Under the pieces are notes generated by a model. The model was not told where the DNA came from, did no database searches, and saw only the letters and a list, made by a program, of their open reading frames with translations. 64,000 nucleotides of DNA from Mantamonas sphyraenae STR306 (Eukaryota; Protista; CRuMs): NCBI GenBank assembly GCA_026936335.1, contig JAPMXV010000069.1, positions 1 through 64,000 of the forward strand, given 5' to 3'. The position numbers and the translations under genes are program-made. Positions 33,761 through 45,538 of the stretch are shown in pieces (position 1 is the first letter of the stretch; the number at the start of each line of letters is the position of its first letter).

Positions 33761-34773
33761 TTAATCCTCCTCCATCTCAGCGACGTCGGAATCCTTGATA
33801 GCCAGCTTCTTGGCATGGAGCACACGCCACAGCTCGTTGACCTTGGCGAGCTGGGCGTTGAGACGCACCTGGTTGGCGCGGTAGGAGGCCTTGCTTGCCT
33901 CCAGGCGCTTGCCGTTGAGAGCACCCACCGCCTTCTCGGCAGCCTGCTTGCGCTGGCACGCCTTGACCAGAGTCTTGAACGAGCGCTTGTCTGTGTGGGA
34001 TGGGCATTTGGGCATACAACCGTGTCAGTGTCCCTGTTGTGAACGGCCACAGGCCTGGCCACGACGCAAAGAACGAATCTGCCTTTGCCGCAGCCTTTTT
34101 TCTCGCATTCCGCGCTTCGCTTCACACGCTACACGAGAACAGGGCTGACTTTGCGGCTCGTCAAGGCTGCGTATATGATTCTGCGACACGTTGTTGGTAC
34201 GTGCGACAGCTGTACTCGACGTATGCGACCTGCAGCGTGCAGCGAGAGGAACCGGGTCCCAGCGCAGCCCTGTGTGTGAAAAAACTCGTGGGCGATTCAC
34301 CTACCGTTGGCCTTGATGCGGTTGATGCGCTTCTTCAGCGACGACAGCAGCTTCTTGATGGCCGTGTAGTGAGCCTTGTGGATCTTCAGGTCGGAATCAT
34401 CGTCCTGTACAGCCAAACACACGCTTTCCGGTGTCAGCGCCGGCCACAAAAAAGGGCTACACAGTGCGTCCATTGCCCACCCGGCGGTCCTCCTTCTCCC
34501 GCCCCGCCGCCGTGGCTCTTCCCTCCCTCACACTCGAATCACACACACACACACACACACGTTCGACTCTCAACATACCGCAACCACGCCACTGTTGCTC
34601 TCCTCCTCGTCCTCCACCTCATCCTCGGACATTTCGTGCCCAACGAACGTGTCTTCGTCGCTGTCCAGCAGGGCATCGTCAGCCGAATCCTCGGCATCCG
34701 ACAGCTGCACATCGGCAGCAGCGACCATGCACACGGCAGCAGCCATCAGCAAAGCCAACAGGGTGAACTTCAT
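33761..34773 (-). CDS. Small secreted protein, about 174 aa: signal peptide, acidic pro-region, basic helical domain; introns 34405-34578, 33991-34304
   Basis: MKFTLLALLMAAAVCMVAA signal; three exons join in frame through GT-AG sites. Confidence 0.75.
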
Positions 34774-35001
34774 GGTGGTGGGTGAGTGTTTTTGTGTTTG
34801 CTTCCTCTGCGCCCACCCTCCACCCTCCCTCCCCTCTCCACACTTTCCACTTGGCATCCACATCCCTGCCACCTTTCTAATCCATGCATACACCCGTCCA
34901 AACGGCATGCAAGGGCAGGAGCACCGGTTGCTTGCCGTGTGCGCTTCTCCGCCCAAAGACCACCCTTCCCAATGGCTCCTTCTCCGCCTTCCGGTTCCAC
35001 C

Positions 35002-35419
35002 ATGGACTTTGAAGGTCAGGCGCAGGCCGAGCGCCTCTACCAGCTCGTCCTTATGTTCTTTGCCGTCCTGGGCTACGGCATGGCCTACTTCATGCAGGAC
35101 ATCTACTTCCTCGCCTTTACCATGGCCATTGGCACTCTCGCCACCGCCTTTGTACGCTTCACCTCACCCTTCCCGTTGGCCTAAGCGAGTGAACACCGGC
35201 GCACTCTTGTCGCTGCGTGGCTGCACGAGGCCTTTAACCCGGCGTCTGCTTCTCTCTGACGTCAACCCTCCCTGGCCCGCCCCCACACTCACACCAGACT
35301 CCCGCCGCCCCCAATCCACCCCACAGCTCATTGTGCCTGTCTGGCCAGGGTTCACCAAGAACCAAATCCAGTGGCTTCCGCCCATGTACAGCGACGACGA
35401 CGAAGACAACAACGAGTAG
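35002..35419 (+). CDS. SPCS1: Signal peptidase complex subunit 1 (SPC12); intron 35152-35326
   Basis: MDFEGQAQAERL, two TM segments, LIVPVWP...IQWLP. Confidence 0.9.
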
Positions 35420-35568
35420 GATGCGGGACGGGCCCCCCGTCTCCACACCACACAAAGACACACACACACACACATCAAACCCATGCTCGAGCCATCCAGC
35501 CGGCACATTGCCTCCCATCACGTGAACAACCAAAAGAAAACACTGATCCATCATTGTTTTCTGCCCTT

Positions 35569-37385
35569 TCATTTGTTGAGAAAGTTCCTTCGCTTGCCCT
35601 CAAACCCGGGACGGTTCTTCTTTCCGCCACCACCACCACCTCCTCCTCCTCCTCCCGAGCCACCCTTGCGTGCCCCACCGCCTCCATTCTTCTTCTTGCG
35701 CTCCGCCTGCTCCTTGAGACGCTGCGTACGCTGTGTCTGTCGCTGTGCCATGGCCTTCTCCAGTGCCTTGGATCGTGCTCGCCACTTCTGCTTCGACTTT
35801 TCCTTCTTCTTGGCCTCCCGCTTGAGAGCCTTCTTGATCAGAGCCGGATCCGACAGCAGCTTCTTGCCCTCTGCCTTCTGCAGGGCTCCCTCCCATTTCA
35901 TGCTCTTCTTCTTCTCCTCTGCCTCCACCGTGCCCTCCATGGCTGCCAATTGCTTCTGTTCCTCCTCTGCCTTGCTCAGGGCTGCTCGCATCTTGCTCTT
36001 CTTCGACCCCTTCTTGCTGTTGCCCAGCTTGCTCTCCTCCACGTCCGTAAACTCAAACTTGGCGTAGCGCACATCGTATGCATCGTCCTCTGTGCGTGGC
36101 TGTCCCTTGCCTCCACGTCCTCCACTGCTGCTGCTCCCTCCTTCTGCCGCCTCTCGTGCCTTGGCCTCCTTCCGCCTCTTCTTCTCCTCCTCCTCCTTCT
36201 TCCGCTCCTTCTTGCTCATCTTCTTGGCCCGTTTCCTGTCACCTCCCTCACCTGCTTCTGCCCCGTCCGCCCCTTCCTCCTCTTCCGCCTTGCGCTTTGC
36301 TCGCATGGCGTGGATCTTGTCGTGCAGCCGCTGTTTCAGCTCATCCCGTGTCGCTATGTGTCGTTGAATCCCCGTCCCCCCATACATCCACCCATTGCGT
36401 GTCAGCATTTCCCCCCACCCCATCATCCACAAGACCACACCACAATGTCCCACCCCAGTCACAAACTCACATGTGTTCAGCTGCAGCTTCTCCGCTGGCA
36501 ATGGTTTGCGGTTCACTCGTTCCTTGGCATTGCCCAGTCCGCCAAACGTCGTCCCCTTGGCCATGTCTCCCTCCTCTGTGTCCTCCCCTCCCTCTTTCTT
36601 GCCCTTGCGCTTGCCCTTGCGTTGCTTGCTTTGTGTCTCTTCCGCTGCTGTCTCTTGCTCTTCCTCCTCGGGCTCCTCATCCCCGTCTGTGTCCTGTGAA
36701 CGCCTGCTCGTCCGCTTCCTTCCCTTCCGAGCCTGCTCCTCCTCCAACAGACGCTGATGCACATCCAACACTGTTTCCACCTTGTCTGGATTCAACTGTC
36801 CCATCCCACAACCCGATTCATGGTCGTGTCAGTGGCCCCCCTGCGTCTTGGCCCGTCCCTGTGCACATGCATCATCCACAATTCTCCCCCTGCCACTCAC
36901 CTTTTCCATCTTGCGCTCCCTTGCACGCTCCTTGATGGCCTGCTTCGGTGCCTTGCCCTTCTTGTTGTGCATGTACTTGTGCTGTTGTCCGTTTGTGTCC
37001 ATCCCAGTCCCAGGTGTGTACCCCGCGCCGCCGGCCGTGCAGGAAATCCGTCGTCAGCCTCCTCTCTTCCACCCCCCATCCCTCCCCCTCCCCTGCCATC
37101 CCCATCTGCCCCTTGTGCAACCTACGTATGGCGTGTCATCGCCTTCATGCATGGGAAAGTAGTACTTGGCTGGAATCAGTTGGACCATCGAGTCCAGGAC
37201 TGTACAGGGTGTGTGTTCTGGTCAGTGTCCCCCCTCTCGCTCTTTCTCCTCTCTTTCTCCCCATCCCTTGCCTCTGCACAGACGTAAAGTCTGTATTCAC
37301 TGCCACACTCAGACTCGATGTCCATGCTCCCCTCTCAGCCCATGCACAACTTACACGCTGCGTCCTTGGCAACCTCAACCTGCAT
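35569..37385 (-). CDS. SURF6: SURF6/Rrp14 nucleolar protein; introns 37200-37354, 36982-37125, 36796-36900, 36354-36470
   Basis: Rrp14 N-terminal FLDSMVQLIPAKYY; KLNPD; LKQRLHDKI; WEGALQKAEG..DPALIKKALKR; RPGFEG. Confidence 0.9.
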
Positions 37386-37897
37386 TTTCGCTTTGGGAAG
37401 GGCACCGCGACCGCGGGGGAGCAAGACGGCACACTTCGAGATGGCCAGTCCATGGCAAGGGTCTTTTGAGGAGAGGGTACGTTTGGGATTTCTGTTTTGT
37501 TCATTTCATATGTATAATGCTGCTGGACTGGGTGTGGAGGGGGAGTGGCGGAAGATGCGCTGCGCCGCATGCGACCCTGCGCACACGTTTGCCACGCTGG
37601 CACGGCTCACTGACACAAAGTGGATGTATGGTGCAAACAGACGCATAGGAAAAGGGTGTATGCATACATGGATAGACACGACATACACAGGGTGGGCCAT
37701 GAACGCGTGCAATGGGCCGGCAAAGTGCGAGGGCGGACCAGCGCCACGCCACCCACAGACAAAGCGCGTTTCACACGAGCACACACACGAGGTGACACGG
37801 CATGCAATGCTGCAGAAACACACACACTCAGACACAGACACACACACACAGAGTGTGGTGACATTTCAGCGCAGGCAATGGCACAGTAGAACACAAG

Positions 37898-38000
37898 GTG
37901 GATCAGAGGGGAACGCCGCAGTTGGACCACAACCACGTGCTCCGGGGTGTACATAATTCCTACATGAACATCATAAAGGACCCCAGCTCATCATATCCAC
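37898..38000 (-). ncRNA. Probable box C/D snoRNA, about 103 nt, intergenic
   Basis: Minus strand reads GTGGA-T-ATGATGA (box C, 37994-37988) ... CTGA (box D, 37906-37903)-TCCAC: a perfect 5-bp terminal stem in K-turn geometry. Confidence 0.65.
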
Positions 38001-38003
38001 ATG

Positions 38004-38041
38004 CTATATTATTTAAAAACGCAGGTGCGTAGTTTAAATTC
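38004..38041. promoter_or_regulatory. AT-rich, TATA-like patch between the snoRNA candidate and the methyltransferase gene
   Basis: TATATTATTTAAAAA and TTTAAATT in a GC-rich background; function inferred only. Confidence 0.35.
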
Positions 38042-38262
38042 TACTGATGTGGTTGAACCGGCGCATCGATGCCACCCTCCCCCACAATCCTCCCCCTCCA
38101 CCCCCTCCCTCACCTTGTCTCTCCCTGCCTTCCTCCCCCCCACACCCCTTCCCCAGCTCCCCCATCCACACTATCCTCCCAATCCTCCTGCGCGGACGCC
38201 CCCACACGCACCCCCCCCCACACACACGCACCATGCACTGGAGATCATCATCATCCCCATCC

Positions 38263-39719
38263 ATGCAATGGATGCTCATGGCAATGTTGGCGGCCCTTCT
38301 GCTGGTGTTGGCCACGAGTGCCGCTGCGGCTGCGGAGGCGGGCAAGCAGGATCCGCTGGACCGCGAAGACCAAAAGGTGCTTGGACGCGATCTGCCGCAG
38401 CTCAGCGACGATGACGACGCAGCCACAGAGGCAGCGGCGCAGAAGGAAGGCGAGACGCTGACACCAGAGGATCTGCTTGCTTTCCAGGGCAAAGCCGGAC
38501 CTGAAAGCGACGACGACCAAGAGGGCTTTGGTGACGGCGACGACGACGAGGCGGAAGAGGACGAAGAGGACGAAGGAGACGAGGCAGACGGACCCGCACG
38601 TGCAGGTGGATCCAATGCCATGCGCACGGCAAACTCGATGTCTGCGGAGGAGGTGAGCGGGGAGGAGGAGGAGGAGGGAGAGGAAGGAGGGGCGGAGGAG
38701 GAGGAGGAGGAAGAGCTGGAGCTGGATCTCAGCCGCTACGTCATCACACGCCCGTGGACTGTGGCCGAGAAGCGTGCCCATGCCGTAGCGTACACCAAGT
38801 TCCTGGCAGCACAGGCAAAGGTGTTTTGGCACACGGAGGAACCCATGCTCAAGGCCAACGGGCTCGTTCCCGGGGCTCAGGTGCTGGACATTGGCTGTGG
38901 CCCTTCGCACTGGCCCCAGGCCATGCTCGAGGCAGTGCCCACCGCAAACATCACATGTGTGGAGTTTGACAACGAACTGGCCACCATTGGACGTGCTCGC
39001 ATGCGCAAGTACATCGACAGCGGCAACTTCCGCATCGTCCACCACGACGCCACCAAGATGTTGGAACTCGTGGCCAACGGCACCCTTGCCACAAAGTCCT
39101 TTGACCTTGTCACCATGCGACTTGTCCTCCAGCACGTGCCCGACCCCATGGCTGTCGTCCGCGGTGCCAAGAAGCTCCTCAAGCACGGCGGCCACATTGT
39201 CATCCTCGATGCCGACGAAGCGTAGGTTTCCACCCCCCACGTGGCACCCACACACACACACCACTCACCCACTCACCCACGCACACCCACACACACAGTC
39301 TCAGCGACTGGATGAGTCACACCGTCCAGGGGATGGAAAAGGTATACCGTCTGTTCCATCACGTCAGCGCACTGACGCATGGGCCGTCTGACCCGCGCAT
39401 CGGTCGTAAGATCTGGGACTTTCTTCACGACCAAAAGTTCACGGACATTGTGGGCAAGATCGCAACCACGTCCAACCTCAACCAGGTGCCTCCCCTCTCC
39501 ATGGAAGACTTTCTGCCCTCCATCGACACCACCCTCATGCAACCCATCGTCTCTGCTGGCTGGATGTCCCAGGACGAGCTCTCGGGCATCCAGAAGGAGC
39601 TGGAGGAGAACATCAAGCAACCGGGCAACGATTTCATCTCCTGCTTCCTCATGCAGTTCACTGCACGCAAGCCCCTCAAGGCCAAGAAGAGTGCCAAGGC
39701 TGACACGAGCACCGCGTGA
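38263..39719 (+). CDS. Class I SAM-dependent methyltransferase with signal peptide and acidic linker; intron 39222-39298
   Basis: MQWMLMAMLAALLLVLATSAAA signal; VLDIGCGP, ITCVEFD, SFDLV, LQHVPDP, LKHGGHIVILD; start could be 38233. Confidence 0.85.
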
Positions 39720-39797
39720 CGAAATGGAATGGAGAATGGAATGGAGAATGGATTGGAATTGAAACCAAAGCAACGTCCTTGTTTGCCTCCCTCTCCT

Positions 39798-41037
39798 TTA
39801 CGCCGAAGTGTCCTCCAGAGCAATCTCATCTTCCTCACGACCATCACGCAGGGGCACGGGTGCATGGATCTTGTTGTCCAGCTGTGATGCCAACAGGATG
39901 AGCCAGATGGGGAACAGGAAGAGACCAAAGAGAAGCACAATGACACCAAAGCCAATGGCAACGGCACCTGGCACAGCGCCAGTGGCCACGCTGACCTCGG
40001 TGATGAAGCCAATGACACCGAGCACGCCTGTAACAATGCCCAGGATGGCATGGCCACGCGACCACAGCTTGCCCTCGTGCTTCAGCGACAGGTTGGACAG
40101 CACAAACATGACCACTGCCAGCAGCAGCAGCTCCACACCAAACACCCAGATGAACATTGCACGAACCATCTCAAAGCTGATCTCCAGTGCCGCCAGCGTG
40201 TTGGCGTTCATGCCGGGGAACTTGGACAAGTAGTCGGCCACCTCGTACACACCCGCCTGTTGCAGAAACTCCAGGATCGGCAGTCCAGCCGCAAGAGCCA
40301 GGCATGCTCCAAGCGTGTTCAGCGAGCTTGAGCTCACGTTGAATCCCTCCAGTGCACGGCGTGCATCCAGACCCACCGTCAGCAGCAACAGGTAACCCTG
40401 AGTTCACACACCGCCGCCATTCGCAATGTCAGACCAGCCAACCTCATCACCACCACCACCACCACCACCACCACACACTCTCTCTCTGTGCCCTTCACTC
40501 TCTCTGTTCCTTACCACTCCAGTCAGGAACGACCCTGCCATGGCGTACGGAAACACCTCACGACGATGAGCCCACACCGTCTGCAGGTAAGAGTAGTCCA
40601 ACGCCTGTGTAGGAAACAGTGTGCCCATTGTCCCGAGTGTGTGTTTGTGTGTGTGTGTGTGGGCATCACATCCGCAACGTGTGTCAGCACGCACAGTCAA
40701 AGCCGTCGCCTTCCATTTTCCCTCCGAGGTCCGCGCCCGCGTGAACCCCGTCCCTTTCGTCCCCCCATGTCCATCTGCGTCCCTCCACAACCCGTATGCA
40801 CGCTCCTCCAACACCACAATGCGTCCATGCCCCTAACTGCCGCCATCCCACACACACTCTCTCTCTCCCTTCTCGTCCCGCCAAGGTTCCATCCCGCGCC
40901 AAACCCACCCTGTACTTCTTTGCGTCTGGCGCAGGGTTTGCACCACCCACCACACCGAATGCGATCAGCACCTCCAGCAGGGCTCCCAGCCAAAAGAACA
41001 GAGCTGCAGCAACAGCAATCTTGGTCGTCGTTCCCAT
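39798..41037 (-). CDS. Multi-pass membrane protein (about 6 TM) of unknown function; introns 40605-40908, 40398-40514
   Basis: Several hydrophobic helices; exons join in frame (KKYR|ALDY, TGV|GYLL). Confidence 0.7.
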
Positions 41038-41097
41038 GCTTGTTGAGTGTTTGTTTTCCGTGCCCCCGCCATCGCGGCCAAACCCGGCCCAACGACC

Positions 41098-42692
41098 ATG
41101 GTGAGTCCCTCCCTCACCCTGCCTCTCTCGTGCGTTGCTGACCCCGCATTTCCTCCCAGGATCCACTGGGCACACTGACCATCGGCGTGATCGAGGGACG
41201 CAAGCTGGCCCCGAAGGACCTGAACGGCAAAGCAGATCCCTTTGTCGTGCTCTCCCTGCCCACGGGCGAAGAGCGCAAAAGCAGCACATGCATGAAGACA
41301 CTGAAACCCAAGTGGCAGGAAGAGTTCTCCTTGTGAGTTGTTCATCCACCTCGCACACACGCACCAAAAAAGGAAACACAGGGCAAAGGGCGCCGCCTCG
41401 CATTCTCCGCTAACTCGTTTTGCGGCCCCGTACAACGCCCACGTGCAATTTCACACAGTGACATCTTTACCCTGGAGGGCAACTTGGAAGTGACATGCTG
41501 GGATTGGGACAAGATGAAGTCGAACGACTTTATGGGCCGGTTTGCTGTGCCCCTGGAGGATCTCACCAACGAGGAGGTGCGGGACACGTGGTTCAAGTTG
41601 GAACCCAGCGATGAGTTTCCCAAGGAGAAAGTGAGTGGTGAGCTGCGTCTGGTCATGCAATTTGCCAACACAGACCAGTACGAGGATGAGCTGATGGACA
41701 AGTTTGAGGATCTGGTGCAGTTGTTGACCGAAGACGATGCCAAGGTGGCCAAGGGCATCCTGGGTGGCACCAAACCCAACGATCCCATGGCCCGCTCCCT
41801 GACCCGGCTCTTCCTCAGCCACAACGCATTCCTTTCCTTGCTGGAACCCTTCTTGGAGCATGAGATCGACGCCTGCAAGAGTGAGAGCACCCTCTTCCGC
41901 ACCGATTCATGGGTCACCAAGCTCATGAAGAGCTTCTGTCAAACCATGGGTCGTCCCTACCTCCACCGCACCCTCCATGGCCTTGTGTCCCAGGTGTGTG
42001 CCGATCCATCCAACCTTGAAGTCGACCCCATGCGCCTGGAGGACGACCAACCATCGTCCGACGTGGTGGCACGCAACATGGACAACCTTCAGACACTGTG
42101 TGGTCAGTTCTTTGACGTCATTGTGGCCAGCACAGACATGCTTCCACCCCACTTCTTCACCATCTTTGCCACCATCCGCACACACGTCTCCAACAAGTAC
42201 CCGGATCTGGCCCACGTTGCCGTCGGTGGCTTCTTCTTCCTTCGCTTTGTCTGTCCGGCCATCTTTACACCCCAGCCCTACGGAGTGTGTGAGGACAAGC
42301 CCAGCCCCGAAGCCCAGCGTGCCCTCTCCCTGGTGGCAAAGACCCTGCAGAACCTGTCCAACGGCGTCCAATTCGGCACCAAAGAGGCATTCATGTCCGA
42401 CATGAATCCATTCCTGGAGGCAAACCAACAGCGCATGAAGGACTTTTTCGACACCCTCAGCGACGACTCGGGTGTGGTGGTGCAGGAAGAGACGGACAAC
42501 GACACCACCAGCACCACCACCACCTACCACCGTGCTTCGGACTTGGCCCAGATCAATGCCTATCTGGAAACACACATGACTGCTGTCATGGACTGGGTCA
42601 TGGGCGACAAGCCACCACAGCGACTCACCCTGCTGGACACCACTTCGTCCTCATCCTCCTCGTCATCCTCATCCTCATCCACAACCTCATGA
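41098..42692 (+). CDS. C2-domain Ras GTPase-activating protein; introns 41101-41159, 41333-41458
   Basis: C2 motifs LAPKDLNGKADPFV, KTLKPKW, WDWDKMKSNDFMG; RasGAP TLFR, GGFFFLRFVCPAIFTP, AKTLQNLSN, KEAFM. Confidence 0.93.
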
Positions 42693-42793
42693 ACACCCTC
42701 ATCTCACAAACCCACCTTGCCATCGATCATCCATAACAACCGCATTGCCCATTGTACCCCTTGCCCTTGCTCACCCAACCCATCTCCACGCCC

Positions 42794-45475
42794 ATGGACT
42801 GGCAACACTCGAACGACCGCCACCCACGGGGGGACGGACGACACCACCACCACCACCACCACCACCAGCGTGACAGAGAGTGGGACAGATCCTCCTCATC
42901 CTCATCCTCATCCTCTTCCTCTTCCTCCTCCTCGTCACGAAGGGACAGGGATCGCGATCGTCGTGACTGGGACCGTGAACGCGACCGCGACCGTGATTGG
43001 GACCGCGACCGTGACCGTGACCGTGAGCGCGACTGGGACCGCGACCGAGACTGGGACAAACGCAACAGGCAGACACAACGCTCTGGTAACGATTCGCGTG
43101 GGCCCGGGCGCCGCAGGACCAGTGGATCAAACACGGGGGGCGGCGGAAGCGCAGGCGGCGGAGGCAGTCGCTGGGACGTGGGCGAGGCCCAGGGCGGCCG
43201 CCGTCACACCTCTGCCAACGGCTCATACGGCACCAACGGCGCATGGAACAACCACAAAACGGGACAATACCACGAATACAACGACACACGCGGGGAATCA
43301 TACGGACGGCAGGGTCAACGCGAGCAGGCGGCGATGTTGCAGCCGCGTCACGATGGCGCCAAGTCGCCTTTGAGGCAATCTCACTCGCTGGGTTCCAGCT
43401 ACAGCACGCCCAACCATCACCATGGCAACAACACACACACCTCCTCCTCCTCCTCCTCCTTCACACCCTCCTACCCGTCTCATGAACGAGCCTACGAATC
43501 CCCTCGCCAGCCGTACGGGGCGTCGACAGGTGCCGAGCAGCAGCAGCAGCAGCTCCAACACACGCTTTCCTCCCCGGCCGCATTCTCCTCACCGCGTCCC
43601 ACACTCGCCACACAGGCCGACAGCGACGCAGGACCCGTCTATGAGTTTCCTGAACTGCCGTCGCAGACAACCCTGCTGACGTCGATTGTCAACCTGGACC
43701 ACCAAATCAACGAGATGGAACGAAAGATTGAGCTGCAGCGCTACAAGGAAAGGCAAAAGGAGGCGGCACGTTTGGAGGCCGAACAACTGGCAGCCATGCA
43801 GGAAGAGCAGCAGGAACAACGACAGACGGATCAAACACAGGCACAGGCACAGGATGGGATGGTGGAGGAGAAGGGCATGTTGGTGGAAGGTGCTCCTGTG
43901 GCCGAAGAAGAATTGGACGAGGAGGCCAAATTGGCCCTGCTCACCCAACGCATCTACCAGGACAATGCGCAAAAGGCCAGAGTGTACCAACAGGACTTTG
44001 CACATCTGAGCACACCCATGGATGGACCTGGACAACAACAACAACAACAACACACACTCAATGGGGACCCCAGCCTGCCTCTGTACAGCCGCCCGCAGGA
44101 CATCCCCCAGTGGTACCGCAACGTCAACACCCATGCCCGTGTGGCCCCTGCAGTCAGGGCCATTCTCGTCCAAGAGTATGCTGCCACGTGTGCCAAGGAA
44201 CGTGCTTTGGCCGTCGAGTACCGTCGCCTGCGACGCATCTACAACAAGGCCATGGCCCAGAAGGAAGCCCAGCGCAAGCCTTTGACCAGCGAACCCAGCA
44301 GCCCAGATCCCACACATTCCTCGTCCATGCCCAATCCATCCCCAAGCACAGGTTCCTCCTCACTCATGGGTGATATGAAACGGGGTGGCGCCTCTGCAGC
44401 CGCAGATTCCGCCGCCGCCGCTGCCGCCTCCTCCTCATCCTCCTCATCCTCCTCATCCTCTGACATTGTCGATGCAGGGCTCATTATCAACAGTCCATCG
44501 TTTTCGCCAGGATTGGGTCGACGCAGTGCACGCGGGTCGACGCCTGGGGCAAGCACACCGGGAATGGATGGCATGGTACGCAGCGAGGCAGAGATGGAGG
44601 CCATCCTGAAGGCGTTGGACGAAGAGGCAGCCTTGGATCCCAAGCAAAGGTATCTGAAGAACATCTGCAGGGTGGAACCCATGATTCTGGATGAACGCAA
44701 GAAGAGGGTGCGGTTCTACTCGCAGAATGGCATTGTGCTGGACAGTGTGCAGGAGGAACGCGATCGACGCAACCACAACCCGTGGCCTGAGCATGAGAAG
44801 AAGATCTTTGTGGAGAAGTTCCTGCAGTATCCCAAGGACTTTCACCGGATTGCCAAGTTCATTCCCACAAAGTCCACCGGCGACGTTGTCGTCTACTACT
44901 ACAACAACAAGAAACACCTGGACCTCAAGAGTCTACTGCATGCACAGACAGTCAAGAAGCGCAACGGCAAGAAGCGCAAGATTGAGTACCGCCGCTCCGA
45001 CGACCCCAAGAGTTGGAACGTCAGCGAGCGCGCCCTGTTTGTCGAGGCCATCCTGCGGTTTGGCACAGACTTTTCCCAAGTGAGCCAGTTTGTGCACACA
45101 AAGAGTGTCATGCAGTGTCGCAAGTACTTCCAACGCATGCGACGCCGTCTGGCCCTGGACACCATCCTGCACAACAGGGCCCAGCTCCAGCGCGGAGGCA
45201 CCCGTGTGCCCCCACGCATCATCGTCGACAAGGACCGTGTGGCTGTGGTGGGCACCAAGAAGGGGCTCAGCAAGCATGAGCCTGCGCCAGCCACTGCCAT
45301 CACCAGCGCCAACAACAAGCGCAAGCGTCCTCGTGAGGAGGACAACCCTGTCGACGCACGCCCTGCACAGCTTGGAACAGATGGTTCCTCCTCCTCCTCA
45401 TCATCCATTGCTGCCAGTGACGATGCCATGGCTCTCCACGATGTCAAGCGCACAAAGGTGGAACCAGCACAGTGA
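42794..45475 (+). CDS. N-CoR/SMRT/Snt1-like corepressor with GPS2-interacting-like coil and two SANT domains
   Basis: LLTSIVNLDHQI, QRIYQDNAQKA, PLYSRPQD, VRSEAEM, WPEHEKKIFVEKFLQYPKDF...VVYYYNNKK; second SANT WNVSERALF. Confidence 0.85.
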   Translation: MDWQHSNDRHPRGDGRHHHHHHHHQRDREWDRSSSSSSSSSSSSSSSSRRDRDRDRRDWDRERDRDRDWDRDRDRDRERDWDRDRDWDKRNRQTQRSGNDSRGPGRRRTSGSNTGGGGSAGGGGSRWDVGEAQGGRRHTSANGSYGTNGAWNNHKTGQYHEYNDTRGESYGRQGQREQAAMLQPRHDGAKSPLRQSHSLGSSYSTPNHHHGNNTHTSSSSSSFTPSYPSHERAYESPRQPYGASTGAEQQQQQLQHTLSSPAAFSSPRPTLATQADSDAGPVYEFPELPSQTTLLTSIVNLDHQINEMERKIELQRYKERQKEAARLEAEQLAAMQEEQQEQRQTDQTQAQAQDGMVEEKGMLVEGAPVAEEELDEEAKLALLTQRIYQDNAQKARVYQQDFAHLSTPMDGPGQQQQQQHTLNGDPSLPLYSRPQDIPQWYRNVNTHARVAPAVRAILVQEYAATCAKERALAVEYRRLRRIYNKAMAQKEAQRKPLTSEPSSPDPTHSSSMPNPSPSTGSSSLMGDMKRGGASAAADSAAAAAASSSSSSSSSSSDIVDAGLIINSPSFSPGLGRRSARGSTPGASTPGMDGMVRSEAEMEAILKALDEEAALDPKQRYLKNICRVEPMILDERKKRVRFYSQNGIVLDSVQEERDRRNHNPWPEHEKKIFVEKFLQYPKDFHRIAKFIPTKSTGDVVVYYYNNKKHLDLKSLLHAQTVKKRNGKKRKIEYRRSDDPKSWNVSERALFVEAILRFGTDFSQVSQFVHTKSVMQCRKYFQRMRRRLALDTILHNRAQLQRGGTRVPPRIIVDKDRVAVVGTKKGLSKHEPAPATAITSANNKRKRPREEDNPVDARPAQLGTDGSSSSSSSIAASDDAMALHDVKRTKVEPAQ

Positions 45476-45538
45476 TTGATCGGATGGCAATCAAGTTCCA
45501 TGTTTTTGGCGATTCATTGTCATTGTCATCCTTCCGCA

